From Octopus sinensis (taxonomy: Eukaryota): a stretch of DNA of 64,000 nucleotides. Where the stretch lies: the NCBI RefSeq assembly GCF_006345805.1, contig NC_043018.1, forward strand, positions 15,500,001 through 15,564,000, given 5' to 3'. The notes beneath the pieces were generated by a model that worked only from the letters and a program-made list of their open reading frames with translations, ran no database searches and had not been told where the DNA came from. The stretch's first letter is position 1. Each line of letters starts with the position of its first letter. A program made the translations under genes and the position numbers. Below are positions 1 through 64,000 of this stretch, piece after piece.

Positions 1-393
1 AGACTACAAGTGTGTGTGTCCATGTGTTATCGACGAGGCATGAAGCGGCGATTTTACTTGTTGTAGTTTGGAGAAGGTCCTTATACCAATAAGTAAATAG
101 TTCACTGCTACCAACATTACATTACTCAGTTATAACCCAACAAAAATTAAGAATATGAAATTTGTGTTTTATGAATTTCTTTAAAATATAGCAATAAATC
201 AATAATATTTCTACTTAAAATATAAAGGTGAAATATGATTTGCTTGAAGCATTGCATGATGTAAATATTTAAAAAGCATATTTTTATTTATTGACATCAT
301 ATTACATATTTTGCCCAACTTCTCATCTGCATTTTTCTCAAAAGTTCTTTTTTTTTTTTTAACATTTATTCATTTACTTGATTCATGTTTCAG

Positions 394-64000
<63,607 letters not shown>

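Overview
AT-rich, microsatellite- and SINE-dense animal genomic DNA, most likely Octopus (inferred from repeat content). The whole window lies inside one large + strand spliced gene. I reconstructed 42 GT-AG exons by hand (394 to beyond 64000; 8409 coding nt, about 2800 aa, all splice phases compatible, no stop codon). They encode a VWDE-like (von Willebrand factor D and EGF domain) extracellular protein made of at least four tandem ~1000-aa super-modules: R1 C-half, complete R2 and R3, R4 N-half. Each module reads LamG/ConA-like domain, Ig-like segment, vWD, Cys-rich linker, WPTP helical region, EGF-like, IPT/TIG-like region, Cys-rich 115-nt exon. Neither the start nor the end of the gene is in the window. 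Introns hold tRNA-derived SINE families, RTE, CR1 and Penelope remnants, piggyBac-, Tc1/mariner- and hAT-type MITEs, a fold-back element, minisatellites and long microsatellites. Most other ORFs in the track are repeat artefacts. Family and domain names come from motif recognition, not database searches; repeat boundaries are approximate.
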